Assembly (NCBI GenBank): GCA_965219445.1
Contig: CBDCNQ010000003.1
Coordinates: 352,001-416,000 of the forward strand
Length of the DNA: 64,000 bases
From: Longimicrobiales bacterium
GTDB lineage: Bacteria > Gemmatimonadota > Gemmatimonadetes > Longimicrobiales > Gaopeijiaceae
Direction of reading: 5' to 3'
The notes under the pieces: model-generated
What the model was told of the DNA's origin: nothing
Seen by the model: only the letters and a program-made list of their open reading frames with translations
The model's database searches: none
Made by a program: the position numbers and the translations under genes
Part shown: positions 38,162-47,839 of the stretch, in pieces
How the letters are laid out: each line of letters opens with the position of its first letter
How positions within the stretch are numbered: the first letter of the stretch is position 1

Positions 38162-41100
38162 TCAGCCCCCACGGAGTGGAACCTCCTGGTCATTGATCGC
38201 AAGCGCCGCAATATCGTGGACAGCACGGCGTAGGGGTACGTGCTTCGTGTTGCTCCTAGTGGGATTCACTCGGTTGGTCAGCAGCACGACGAACATGTCG
38301 AGTTCAGGATCAATCCAGATCGAGGTCCCCGTGAAGCCAGTGTGCCCGAACGCGCTCTGCGAAAGGTAGTCACCAGCCGACGACTGAGGGCTGGGCGTGT
38401 CCCAGCCCAGGGCGCGTGAGGCATGGGAATCGAATCGCCTGGTAAACGCTTCCACGGTCTCCTCGGACACCAATCGCACGGGGCCGGCAACGCCAGCGGC
38501 ACAAATCCTCTCGCTTGAAACGTCGACATCCTCGGGAAGGGTTCCATCTAAATCCACTCCGCCATTGTCGGAGTCCTCCCGCTCACAGCCCGGCAGAAGC
38601 CCCCCATCGAGCAGCGTCTGCGCCAGGATCGCCAGGTCGGAAGCCGTAGAGAAGAGGCCCGCATGCCCGGCGACCCCGCCGATCGCATACGCATTCTCGT
38701 CGTGGACGACCCCATGCACATGCGTGTTCCGAAACACCGTGTCGACCTCCGTCGGGGCGATCCGGTTCCTCAGCGCCTCAGCGGGACGAAAACGTGTATC
38801 GTTCATCCCGAGGCGCTCCCACACGCGCTCGGTGAGGAACTCATCGAGTTCCTGGCCGCTCAGCCGCTCGATGATGAAACCCACAACCATCAAGCCGATG
38901 TCCGAATAGACGGTCCGAGTACCGGGGTCGTAGCCCAACCCCAACTCGCCGATGGCGCTCCGGTATTCGTCTCTGCCTTCCATCTCGAGATAGAATCGCC
39001 GGAACGGAGGCAAGCCGGCCCGGTGAAGGAGGAGATGACGGACCGTCACGCTCTCCTTGGCCGGATCCCCCGCTGCCCACCACGGAAGATACTCGACCAC
39101 CGGCGCGTCCAGATCCAGACGCCCTTCCTCCACCAACATCATGGCTGCCGTGGTGGTTCCCACGACCTTGGTGAGGGATGCGAGATCGTAGATCGAACGG
39201 ATATCGGCGGAGCTGGCGGAACGGGACCAGTCCAGTTTCCCGTAGCCGCGGAGACGCACGAACCGCCCGTGCCGCGCAATCGCCAGAACGGCCCCGGGTG
39301 ACGCCGAGTCGGCCAGCGCCCCGGCCACGAGGGAGTCGAGTTCCGCGAGGCGGTCGGCGTCCATGCCTACGATCTCCGGATCGACCTCCGCCGAGGACTG
39401 CGTCACGGGAACCGGATCCGGCAGCGCAGATCGCGCAAGTCCATCACCGATTCCGTGGAAGGGCGGAATGGACACGGGCAAGCGTCCGCTGATGGCCGCC
39501 TGGCCGAAGAGCGCCCTCACCGCAGCGTTCTGAGAACCCTCATGCGATCCCCAGGCAATCAGATACCCCGGTGACTCCGGCAGAGCCGCCAGCAGATAGG
39601 GATTTCCGAAAGAGATCACCATCATCGGGTGCTGCGGGCCCACCGTCGCGATGAAGTCGGCCATGTCCTCCGAAACCGAGACCTCACCCGTCCCTGACCT
39701 CGGAGGCACGTAAGCACTCACGATCACGAGGTCGGCCTTCCCGGCCGAGGCCTTGAGCGAGTCGTAGACCTCCGTCGGAGTCTCGGGCCCGACCCGGGCT
39801 CGCTTCACCGCCTCGACCCGACTCGCGAGCGCGAGATCGAACGTGTTGCCGGCGATCAGGTTGTCCGTGCGCGCGTAAGTAAGGCTGAGGACGCTCCTCG
39901 TCCAGATTGAATCCACGGGTAAAACGGTGTCCCGGTCCCGAAGAAGTGTGATGGACCGCGTGGCGACCGTGTCCGCGAAAGCCAAGTGTTCTGCCGCCCC
40001 CACCACTTCGTCCACGGCATCCAAATCGACCATCCGGCCCCGGTGCAGGCCAGCCCGCGCCTTGGTCTCCAGTATACGACGGGCGGAAGCACGAATCCGG
40101 GCCGGCTCGAGCCGTCCTTCGTCCAGCGCCGCCATCACGGCATCGATTGCCTCCGTCACATCGGTCGGCATCAGGAGCACATCACTGCCGGCCTCGAGAG
40201 CCAATACCGACACTTCTCCGGTGCCGTACCGTTCCGAGAGTGCGCCCATGACGAGCGCGTCCGTGAAGAGGAGCCCGTCGAAATCCATGTCGTCCCGTAG
40301 CAGGTCAGTCATGAATCGAGCATCGAACGTGGCCGGCGCTCCCTCCAATCCCTGCACTCCTGACACGACAACGTGGGCGGTCATGACGGCATCCACTCCC
40401 TGGTCGATGGCCCTCCGGAAGGGCACGAGCTCGAGTGAGTTGAGCCGATCCAAATCCGCCGGTACCACCGGGAGGGCGACATGAGAATCGGTTTGGGTGT
40501 CGCCGTGCCCGGGGAAGTGTTTCGCGGTCGCCAGGACTCCGCCCTCATGAGAGCCCTCGATGAAGGCCGCTCCGAGACGGGCCACCGTCTCCGGGTCCTC
40601 GCCGAAGGAACGGGTGTTGATCACCGGATTTTCCGGATTCGAGTTCACGTCCAAAACGGGAGCAAAATTGAGATGCAGCCCCACGGCCTTCGCCTCCACC
40701 GCGGTAATTCGGCCGTACTCCCGAGCGAAGCGCTCATCCCCGATGGCCCCGAATGCCATCGTCGGCGGGAAGCTCGTTCCACCACCCTGTGGAAGGAGCG
40801 ACGGAAGAGCATAGGAATGGTTGATCCGCATGCCCGGCCCACCGTTCTCGAAATCGGAGGTCACCAACAGTGGAATTCGGGACCGAGCCTGTAGCTCGTT
40901 GATCTTGGCCGCATACGAATGGGGAAGGCCGATCGACAGGTAGATGCCCCCGATCTCCTCGTCCTCAACCCATCCCGCCCATTCCTGAAACTCGGGGCTA
41001 CTGGTCGACGCATACGATCCGGGCAGCCATTGGATTACGAGTTGGGCGACCTGCTGGCGGAGGGTCAGCGAAGCAAGAGTCTCATCGACCCACCGCTGAG

Positions 41101-41239
41101 CTTCTGCGCTCAATGCGGCTCTGCCGGGAGCTACCGGGCCCGCGCCCGTGATCGACATGGATCCCATCCCACCAGCACCACACCCACTCGACCACAGAAC
41201 TACCAGGACCGCCACGTAAGCGAACGTCCTACCTCCCAC
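38162..41239 (-). CDS. GH3 beta-N-acetylglucosaminidase fused to a serine beta-lactamase-like (AmiE-type) hydrolase, lipoprotein
   Basis: KHFPGHGDTQTDSH GH3 NagZ motif; C-terminal ASLTK (SxxK), YSD, VHDENA, GHTGFTG. Confidence 0.9.
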   Translation of the reverse strand: MGGRTFAYVAVLVVLWSSGCGAGGMGSMSITGAGPVAPGRAALSAEAQRWVDETLASLTLRQQVAQLVIQWLPGSYASTSSPEFQEWAGWVEDEEIGGIYLSIGLPHSYAAKINELQARSRIPLLVTSDFENGGPGMRINHSYALPSLLPQGGGTSFPPTMAFGAIGDERFAREYGRITAVEAKAVGLHLNFAPVLDVNSNPENPVINTRSFGEDPETVARLGAAFIEGSHEGGVLATAKHFPGHGDTQTDSHVALPVVPADLDRLNSLELVPFRRAIDQGVDAVMTAHVVVSGVQGLEGAPATFDARFMTDLLRDDMDFDGLLFTDALVMGALSERYGTGEVSVLALEAGSDVLLMPTDVTEAIDAVMAALDEGRLEPARIRASARRILETKARAGLHRGRMVDLDAVDEVVGAAEHLAFADTVATRSITLLRDRDTVLPVDSIWTRSVLSLTYARTDNLIAGNTFDLALASRVEAVKRARVGPETPTEVYDSLKASAGKADLVIVSAYVPPRSGTGEVSVSEDMADFIATVGPQHPMMVISFGNPYLLAALPESPGYLIAWGSHEGSQNAAVRALFGQAAISGRLPVSIPPFHGIGDGLARSALPDPVPVTQSSAEVDPEIVGMDADRLAELDSLVAGALADSASPGAVLAIARHGRFVRLRGYGKLDWSRSASSADIRSIYDLASLTKVVGTTTAAMMLVEEGRLDLDAPVVEYLPWWAAGDPAKESVTVRHLLLHRAGLPPFRRFYLEMEGRDEYRSAIGELGLGYDPGTRTVYSDIGLMVVGFIIERLSGQELDEFLTERVWERLGMNDTRFRPAEALRNRIAPTEVDTVFRNTHVHGVVHDENAYAIGGVAGHAGLFSTASDLAILAQTLLDGGLLPGCEREDSDNGGVDLDGTLPEDVDVSSERICAAGVAGPVRLVSEETVEAFTRRFDSHASRALGWDTPSPQSSAGDYLSQSAFGHTGFTGTSIWIDPELDMFVVLLTNRVNPTRSNTKHVPLRRAVHDIAALAINDQEVPLRGG

Positions 41240-43175
41240 TGACTCTCACCCTTTGGGGCACCTGGATACCGTCGCCCACCGCGAAGAACGGGTCCATTCC
41301 GATGGGGCTGCGGCCGCTGATCGCGATCCCACCGAACAGCGCATCCGCCGCGGCCTGCTGACTGAACTGCGCCGAGCTCCATGCCAGAAGATACGCCTGA
41401 GCATCGGGGAACATGGAGATCAAGTATGGATTGCCGAACGAGATCACGACATGTGTGACTCTCCTTCTCGAGAGCTCGTTCACGAACTCCACGGCGGCGT
41501 CGGGAAGCTCGACCCGACCGGCGTAGTTCGAATAGACCGACATCACCACGAGGTCCGACCTGATCGCCCGACTCAGAAGAGCCTCATAGGCCTCTGAATT
41601 CGTACTCTCATCCACCGATCTGGCCACGAGCCTGGGATAGGTCTCGCGCAGCCGTAAGTCGAAATACCGCCCCGACAGGACGTCCCCGGGATTGCGGAAG
41701 CTCACGGACATTACGCGGGCCCTGCGCGTCCCCAAGAGAGGCACGAGGTTGCGCCGGTTCTGGATCAGTGTGATCGAGCGCTCAGCGACCTCACGCGCCA
41801 TTTCCATGTGCGGGGGCACACCCACGATCTGTGGAATCATCTCGAGGGGTACTGCCCGCTCCTCGGCGAGGCCCAAGTCCTCCTTGAGGCTCAATAGCCT
41901 GCCGGCCGACTCATCGATACGGGCTTCCGTCAGCCGCCCCTCATCGATCGCTTTGACGATCGCATCGACGGCCTGCTTCACGTCTCGGGGCATGACAATG
42001 ACGTCCGCTCCCGCAAGCACGGCGCGGACCGCTGCTTCACCCCTGGGATAGAGCCGGTTTACCGCGGCCATGTCCATCGCATCGGTAAAGACGATCCCAT
42101 CGAATCCCAGGTCAGTCCGAAGGAGGCCGGTGAGCACCCGATCAGAGACGGTCGCCGGAATCGGCTCCCCGCTGATCTCCGGCACCGCGATATGCGCCGT
42201 CATGATGCCTTGCATGCCGGCATCGATAGCCGCGCGGAAGGGCACCAACTCGATGGCATCGAGGCGCTCACGCCCCACCTCGATGATGGGCAACTCGAGA
42301 TGGGAGTCGGTCCCGGTATCTCCGTGACCGGGGAAGTGCTTTCCGGTCGCGACGGCGCCATAGTCCTGAAGACCCCGAACAAAGGCCACGCCCAGGTCCG
42401 CAACCGCCTTCGGATCCTCCCCGAAGGAGCGAATGTTGATGATCGGGTTGTCCGGGTTGTTGTTGACGTCCAAGACCGGAGCGAACGGGACGTGGACGCC
42501 CATGGCGCGGGCCTCCATCGCCGTGATTCTCCCCAACTGGTACGCGTGCCGGGGATCGCCCGTAGCACCGAAGGCCATCAAAGACGGGAACGACGTCGCC
42601 CCACCCAGCGCGATATTCGTCGGGATATGAACCGCTCCCCTGAAGCGGAAACCCGCCCCCGTCTCCAGGTCCGCGGCAATCAACAGTGGATACTTGGAGT
42701 GCTGCTGAAGATCGTTGAGTTTGACGGCCACCTCGCTCGGCGACCCAACCGACATGATCAGCCCACCGACGCTCTCCTGCTCGATGACGTTGACGATGCG
42801 GTCGTGCGTCTCGCTGCCCTCGGGAGCGAAATTGCCCAACACGAAGGGCATCATCAGCTGCCCGACCTTTTCGCGGAGCGTCATCCGGGCGAGCGTTCTC
42901 TGTGCCCACGTAAGGGGCGGGGGCCTTGTCGACGGCGTAGTGACCGGCGCAGCCGGCACGGGCTCCGGGGTCGGCGTGATGGTCGCCGCTGGGCTGCGGT
43001 CTCCTTGAGCGGTCTCCACCGGAGAGTCCGACTCAGGAGCCACGGGAGGGGCCAACGGAGGAGCCGCCGCCGTTGCTGGGGCTTGCTGGGCGCAGGCAGT
43101 GGACAGAATCACCAGGATCCAGAAGCAACCCGCAGGGTTACTCTTGGACAGGCGGGGAATGCTCTGGATTGTCAT
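41229..43175 (-). CDS. GH3 beta-N-acetylglucosaminidase, lipoprotein
   Basis: LSTAC lipobox, FAPVLDVNNNPDNP, KHFPGHGDTGTDSH. Confidence 0.92.
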   Translation of the reverse strand: MTIQSIPRLSKSNPAGCFWILVILSTACAQQAPATAAAPPLAPPVAPESDSPVETAQGDRSPAATITPTPEPVPAAPVTTPSTRPPPLTWAQRTLARMTLREKVGQLMMPFVLGNFAPEGSETHDRIVNVIEQESVGGLIMSVGSPSEVAVKLNDLQQHSKYPLLIAADLETGAGFRFRGAVHIPTNIALGGATSFPSLMAFGATGDPRHAYQLGRITAMEARAMGVHVPFAPVLDVNNNPDNPIINIRSFGEDPKAVADLGVAFVRGLQDYGAVATGKHFPGHGDTGTDSHLELPIIEVGRERLDAIELVPFRAAIDAGMQGIMTAHIAVPEISGEPIPATVSDRVLTGLLRTDLGFDGIVFTDAMDMAAVNRLYPRGEAAVRAVLAGADVIVMPRDVKQAVDAIVKAIDEGRLTEARIDESAGRLLSLKEDLGLAEERAVPLEMIPQIVGVPPHMEMAREVAERSITLIQNRRNLVPLLGTRRARVMSVSFRNPGDVLSGRYFDLRLRETYPRLVARSVDESTNSEAYEALLSRAIRSDLVVMSVYSNYAGRVELPDAAVEFVNELSRRRVTHVVISFGNPYLISMFPDAQAYLLAWSSAQFSQQAAADALFGGIAISGRSPIGMDPFFAVGDGIQVPQRVRVSGR

Positions 43176-43220
43176 CGAGTGACCTCAAAAACCCCTGCGT
43201 CTATACGGAGAACAGCCCAA

Positions 43221-44498
43221 GTGTCTTTCAGAGAGCAAGTTACGAAGTTGTGGAGGGTGCCACAATCTTGTTTCATCTTGCTTCTCCTCTCCTGCACCCG
43301 CCCGGACGCCCAACCCGATCGTTCATTATACCAGGATAACGGCGACGGGTTCGGCTCGATTCGGCCGGGGATCGAGGTTCTTTTGGAGGATTCTCTCCAT
43401 CTGGTGGAAGGACGCCGGGTCGGGCTGATCACCAATCAAACCGGGGTGGACGCCTCGGGCCGCTCCTCGATCGATCGGATCCACGAACATCCGTCGGTGG
43501 AGCTCTTGGCGCTCTTCGCACCTGAGCACGGAATCAGAGGGACGGCTGAACCGGGGGAAACGATCGACGACGAGGTCGATATCGAGACCGGGTTACCAAT
43601 CTTTTCGTTGTACGGGGCGGTGCGAAGCCCCACACCGGAAATGCTCGAAGGAATCGACCTCCTGGTGATGGATTATCAGGATATCGGTGCGCGATACTGG
43701 ACGTACATGTCCACGACGACACTCGCGATGGAAGCCGCCGCCGAACAGGGAATTCCGGTGGTCGTTCTGGACCGCCCGAATCCGATTGGCTCTGCCGTGC
43801 AGGGCAACGTACTCGATCCTGCCTTCGCGACCTTCGTGGGTCGGTATCCGATCGCGATGCGCCACGGAATGACCGCCGCCGAATTAGCCAGCTATTACGG
43901 GGGAGAGTTCGGCATCGACGTGGAACTGCACACCGTGCCAGCCGAGGGGTGGCGTCGGGATATGTCGTTCGCCGAGAGTGGCCTGCCGTGGATTCGACCG
44001 TCCCCCAACATGCCCAACGTCGAGAGTGCCACGCACTACCCGGGAACGTGCCTCTTCGAAGGCACCACTCTTTCGGTGGCGAGGGGCACGGAAGCACCAT
44101 TCCAGCAGATCGGTGCACCGTGGCTGGATGGGGAGACGCTGGCTGAAGTCATGAACGCTTACGGGTTGCCCGGTATTCGCTTTGAGCCGGTCAGGTTCAC
44201 CCCGAGGGCGCCTTCCGATGGCAAGTTCGACGGGGTTGGGGTGGAGGGCGTCCGCCTGGTGGCCACATCGCCTGAGTACGATCCAACCCACGCGGCCGTC
44301 GCGCTCCTGGTGGAGACGCATCGCATGTCCGGTCCGCAATGGGGATGGCTCCAGGCCCATTTCGATCGCCTCGCGGGGACCGATCGTCTGCGGCAGGCGA
44401 TCGACGCGGGAGCTGGGCTCGACGAAATCCGAAATGGATGGCAGGATGAATTGGAGGCCTTCAAGCGGGTCCGTGAGCGGTATTTGATCTATCCGTGA
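43221..44498 (+). CDS. namZ: Exo-beta-N-acetylmuramidase NamZ family (DUF1343)
   Basis: VGLITNQTG, LFAPEHGIRG, DYQDIGARYWTY, LDRPNP, RHGMT, PSPNMP, FEGT; start uncertain (43221-43257). Confidence 0.9.
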   Translation: MSFREQVTKLWRVPQSCFILLLLSCTRPDAQPDRSLYQDNGDGFGSIRPGIEVLLEDSLHLVEGRRVGLITNQTGVDASGRSSIDRIHEHPSVELLALFAPEHGIRGTAEPGETIDDEVDIETGLPIFSLYGAVRSPTPEMLEGIDLLVMDYQDIGARYWTYMSTTTLAMEAAAEQGIPVVVLDRPNPIGSAVQGNVLDPAFATFVGRYPIAMRHGMTAAELASYYGGEFGIDVELHTVPAEGWRRDMSFAESGLPWIRPSPNMPNVESATHYPGTCLFEGTTLSVARGTEAPFQQIGAPWLDGETLAEVMNAYGLPGIRFEPVRFTPRAPSDGKFDGVGVEGVRLVATSPEYDPTHAAVALLVETHRMSGPQWGWLQAHFDRLAGTDRLRQAIDAGAGLDEIRNGWQDELEAFKRVRERYLIYP

Positions 44499-44557
44499 GC
44501 TTTCGAGGGAAAGGCTCCTGCCCGAGGGGTGATACCAGCTATGAGGGGTGATACGAC

Positions 44558-45418
44558 CTATGCGGCCGAAACCTCCATCTGAGTCCCCGCTTTGAACGCC
44601 TCATAGAGTACCTTCGCGACCGGTCCCACTTCGCCGTTCCCGACCGGCTCGCCGTCTAGTCGTACGGTGGGTCGTACTTCGGTCGTCGTGCCGGTAAAGA
44701 AGATTTCGTCCGCCCCCCGCATCTCCTCCAAGAGCACCGGCCTCTCCTCCACCGGAATGCCCTCCGCTCGCGCCAGCTCGATTACATATTCCCGAGCGAC
44801 TCCGTGCAGGATTTGATGAGTGGCGGGGTGCGTCGTGACCACGCCATCGAGGACGGCGAAGACGTTGTTGTGGGACCCCTCGAGCGCGACGCCGTCGTTC
44901 ACGAAAAGGGCATCCTCCACCCCCGCGTCGACGGCCGCCTGCTGTGCCAGCACGTTCGGCAAGAGGCCAATCGACTTGATGTCGACCCGGTCCCAGCGGC
45001 GGTCGGGAACCGTGATGGCCTCGTAGCCCTGCTTCCAGCGGGCCGCTTCCGGCCGGTGGTACACTTGCGCGGAGGCGTATACCGTCGGCGGAGTCCCCTC
45101 CGGCGGAAAGTGGTGGGTTCTCGGCGCCGCACCTCGGGTGATCTGCATATAGACAATCGAGACGTCTTCCGAAACGAGGCTGTTTGCTGCGATCAGGCGT
45201 GCGTGCATATCTGGCAGCCCTGCGGGATCGTACTCAATACGGAGGGCGTCGAGACCGTGTTGGAGCCGGCGCAGGTGTCGCTCCAGGCGGAAGAGACCCC
45301 CACGATAGGCGGGCGTCACCTCGTAAACGCCGTCCGACAACAGAAACCCCCGGTCGTCCACCGATATGGTCGCCCGATCCTTCGACAGGTACTCGCCGTT
45401 GAGATATACCGTGCTCAT
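44558..45418 (-). CDS. dat: Class IV aminotransferase, D-amino-acid (D-alanine) transaminase-like
   Basis: ISVDDRGFLLSDGVYEV, YMQITRG, RTHHFP, DIKSIGLLPNVLA. Confidence 0.85.
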   Translation of the reverse strand: MSTVYLNGEYLSKDRATISVDDRGFLLSDGVYEVTPAYRGGLFRLERHLRRLQHGLDALRIEYDPAGLPDMHARLIAANSLVSEDVSIVYMQITRGAAPRTHHFPPEGTPPTVYASAQVYHRPEAARWKQGYEAITVPDRRWDRVDIKSIGLLPNVLAQQAAVDAGVEDALFVNDGVALEGSHNNVFAVLDGVVTTHPATHQILHGVAREYVIELARAEGIPVEERPVLLEEMRGADEIFFTGTTTEVRPTVRLDGEPVGNGEVGPVAKVLYEAFKAGTQMEVSAA

Positions 45419-45653
45419 CGCTTCCGGAGGTTGTTTGGGAAGACTCTTGGTACCCTTGAAAAGTCGGGCCCGCGCCTCGGCTCCGCCAGGCCTTCGAGAG
45501 GTCCGGCCACAAGCGCGACCTGCCTCCGGGGGGGGGTTCCCAGCGGTCCACTACCGTGCTTGATTTATGGCGTCCACAAGATTCATAGTGGAGGGCGACC
45601 GTCCAGCCCCCCCGACCCTAGTTTCCATGACCGATTCGAGGAATTCCCAAATA

Positions 45654-46334
45654 ATGGCAAGCTTCCCTCGCACCCTCGTGCTCATCGTTGCTGTCGCGTC
45701 CGCATCCCTCCTCCATTCCCCGACTGTACAAGCTCAAAATCTTGCGATCGCCGGCCAGGTCGGCACCACCGGCGTGGGAGGGGGAATAATCCTTGGCGTG
45801 GTGCCCAGAATCAATCTCCGGGCCATGTTTGGCGGTATTCCCCAGCAACCCACCTTCGATATCGATGACATCGACTTCGAGCTCGACCTCCCGTCGTTCC
45901 TGCTCTCGACGGTGGACTTGTACGTAGTGGGCGGGCTGCACCTCAGCGCGGGTGGACTGCTGATCACCAATGACGGGGACGTGGCTGTCGAGGGGACCTT
46001 CGAAGGGAGGTCGGTGGTCATCGGTACGACGACCTTTTCCGGAGGGACCAATGATCGGTTTTCCGGGACTTTCTCACTGAAGGGCTTCCAGCCATACCTG
46101 GGAATCGGGATCGGTAATCCCATCGGGAAAAGGATCGGCATCAACTTCGATGCCGGTGTCGGATTCGGCGACAAGCCTACCGTCGCATTGACCGCCTCTG
46201 GCCCGCTCGCAGACGCCCCGGGTTCAACTCTCGAATCCGAGCTTCAGCAGGAAGTAGCCGATATCGAGGCTGACATCCCCGATCTCCTACGGTACTACCC
46301 CGTACTCTCACTGTCCGTCTCGATCGGGTTCTAG
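45654..46334 (+). CDS. Hypothetical outer-membrane beta-barrel protein
   Basis: Signal peptide ending VQA, alternating beta-strands, PYLGIGIG, C-terminal Phe. Confidence 0.7.
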   Translation: MASFPRTLVLIVAVASASLLHSPTVQAQNLAIAGQVGTTGVGGGIILGVVPRINLRAMFGGIPQQPTFDIDDIDFELDLPSFLLSTVDLYVVGGLHLSAGGLLITNDGDVAVEGTFEGRSVVIGTTTFSGGTNDRFSGTFSLKGFQPYLGIGIGNPIGKRIGINFDAGVGFGDKPTVALTASGPLADAPGSTLESELQQEVADIEADIPDLLRYYPVLSLSVSIGF

Positions 46335-47194
46335 TCGCTCTTCTCCAGCTTGTCGAATTCTTCGATGAGCTGAGCTTCGTGAACGACCGGCTCTTCAGGC
46401 TCCGATGACGTGGTAGGCCCGGCGGCATCGGCGAGGCCATCAGCACCTTCAACGGACTCGTCCTCGTCGTCACCTGACTCCAGTTGCCTGGGCGCTTCCT
46501 CTTCGGGCGCGGCGATCAAGCCCATCTCGTGCTTCAAGGCCAGGAGGCGATCCTCCACGTCACCTCCCTCGGTACCACTCTCCAGGGCCTTGAAGTCCTC
46601 TTCGAGCGTTCCGGGGCCGAGCGCCTCCGTCACCTCCTGGTGGGCCAGACTCTCGCGCTCCTGCTCCTCGATCTTGTCGGCCATACGGTTGAACGCTTCG
46701 AAGGCCGACGTGTTGGAGAGTCCCGACATGGTTTCGTGGATCCGCCTCTGGGCCTGAGCCCGACGCTGCTTCGCCACGAGGAGATTCCTCTTCCGCTTGG
46801 CCTCTTCGATCTTGTCATTCAACTGCCGAAGCGACCCCTTGAGCTTTTCCGTCTCCGCGGCCTGCGCCTTCCACGTTCCGTCGAGCGTGCTGGCGCGCTC
46901 CGCGTGCTCCTGCTGCCTCACCAAGGCCTGCTTTGCCAGGTCGTCCCTGCCCTCCTTCACGGCCAGCATGGCGCGGTGCTCCCATTGACGCATCTGTTTG
47001 ACCTCGCTGTCGAGCGACGCACGGAGCTTCCGCTCGTCCGCGATGGCGGCAGCCACTTCCCGCTTGGCCTTCGCGAGCTGGTCCCGCATGTCCAGAATAA
47101 TCTGGTTCAACATCTTCTCCGGGTTTTCCGCCCGGGAGATGAGATCGTTGATATTCGACTTGATGACCGTAGACAGCTTCGTAAAGATGCTCAT
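46331..47194 (-). CDS. pspA: PspA/IM30 family protein
   Basis: MSIFTKLSTVIKSNINDLISRAENPEKML, GRDDLAKQAL, AFNRMADKI. Confidence 0.93.
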   Translation of the reverse strand: MSIFTKLSTVIKSNINDLISRAENPEKMLNQIILDMRDQLAKAKREVAAAIADERKLRASLDSEVKQMRQWEHRAMLAVKEGRDDLAKQALVRQQEHAERASTLDGTWKAQAAETEKLKGSLRQLNDKIEEAKRKRNLLVAKQRRAQAQRRIHETMSGLSNTSAFEAFNRMADKIEEQERESLAHQEVTEALGPGTLEEDFKALESGTEGGDVEDRLLALKHEMGLIAAPEEEAPRQLESGDDEDESVEGADGLADAAGPTTSSEPEEPVVHEAQLIEEFDKLEKSD

Positions 47195-47610
47195 TCGCTT
47201 GAGTCCTCTCCTTCCGAGCTGCCGTCGTCGGCCCCGGCAAGCACCTTGATTCGCCCGAGGTGACTCGACGCCGCATACTGGAGGCTCTCCACCGACGCCT
47301 GTAGCTCTTCGAAATCCAGAGTCTGCAATTCCAGGGTGTCCGTCAGGATCAACTCTCCGTCTTCGATGCCGTACGCCCCGTGCACTATGTCGGTGGCGTT
47401 CAGCTCGAGGAGGGCCCGGTAGAGTTCACCCAGGTCCGACTCACCGTTGGGAAGGTCCATGACCTTCAAGCGCACCAAGAGCACGGGATCGGAGAGGTGG
47501 ACGACCACGCCACCGCTCGGACTCTGCACCAGAAACATCCCCTCATCCACCTCATTCCAGTCCAGGTCCATTCGAATGAGGAAGCTCTCGAGATCGTCTC
47601 GAGTTACCAT
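47191..47610 (-). CDS. CesT/YbjN-like chaperone-fold protein
   Basis: 139-aa acidic protein, LYRALLELNA...VHGAYGIE; overlaps the pspA start. Confidence 0.65.
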   Translation of the reverse strand: MVTRDDLESFLIRMDLDWNEVDEGMFLVQSPSGGVVVHLSDPVLLVRLKVMDLPNGESDLGELYRALLELNATDIVHGAYGIEDGELILTDTLELQTLDFEELQASVESLQYAASSHLGRIKVLAGADDGSSEGEDSSE

Positions 47611-47839
47611 GATCCACTCCGTACTCTGTGCGGCCCCTTACCGCGGCCGCGGCCAGACAGCTCGTCGACAGGCCCCCATCCAGAGGGGCCCTTTCCCTAC
47701 GGACGACAAACGCACACGGTTTACGCGCCCTCTAGGACGTACCGAAATCCTCCCGACTCGGATCTAATTCTAACATGAACGGCCGGCCCCCCGCGACTCC
47801 ACGCCGCTGCGGGGGTGACCCCCAGTGGGTGGGGGACAT

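Noticed and set aside
42192..43220. 768-aa NamZ with a long N-terminal extension
   Set aside because: The extension is antisense to the GH3 gene; the signal peptide and NamZ similarity begin only after ~43220.
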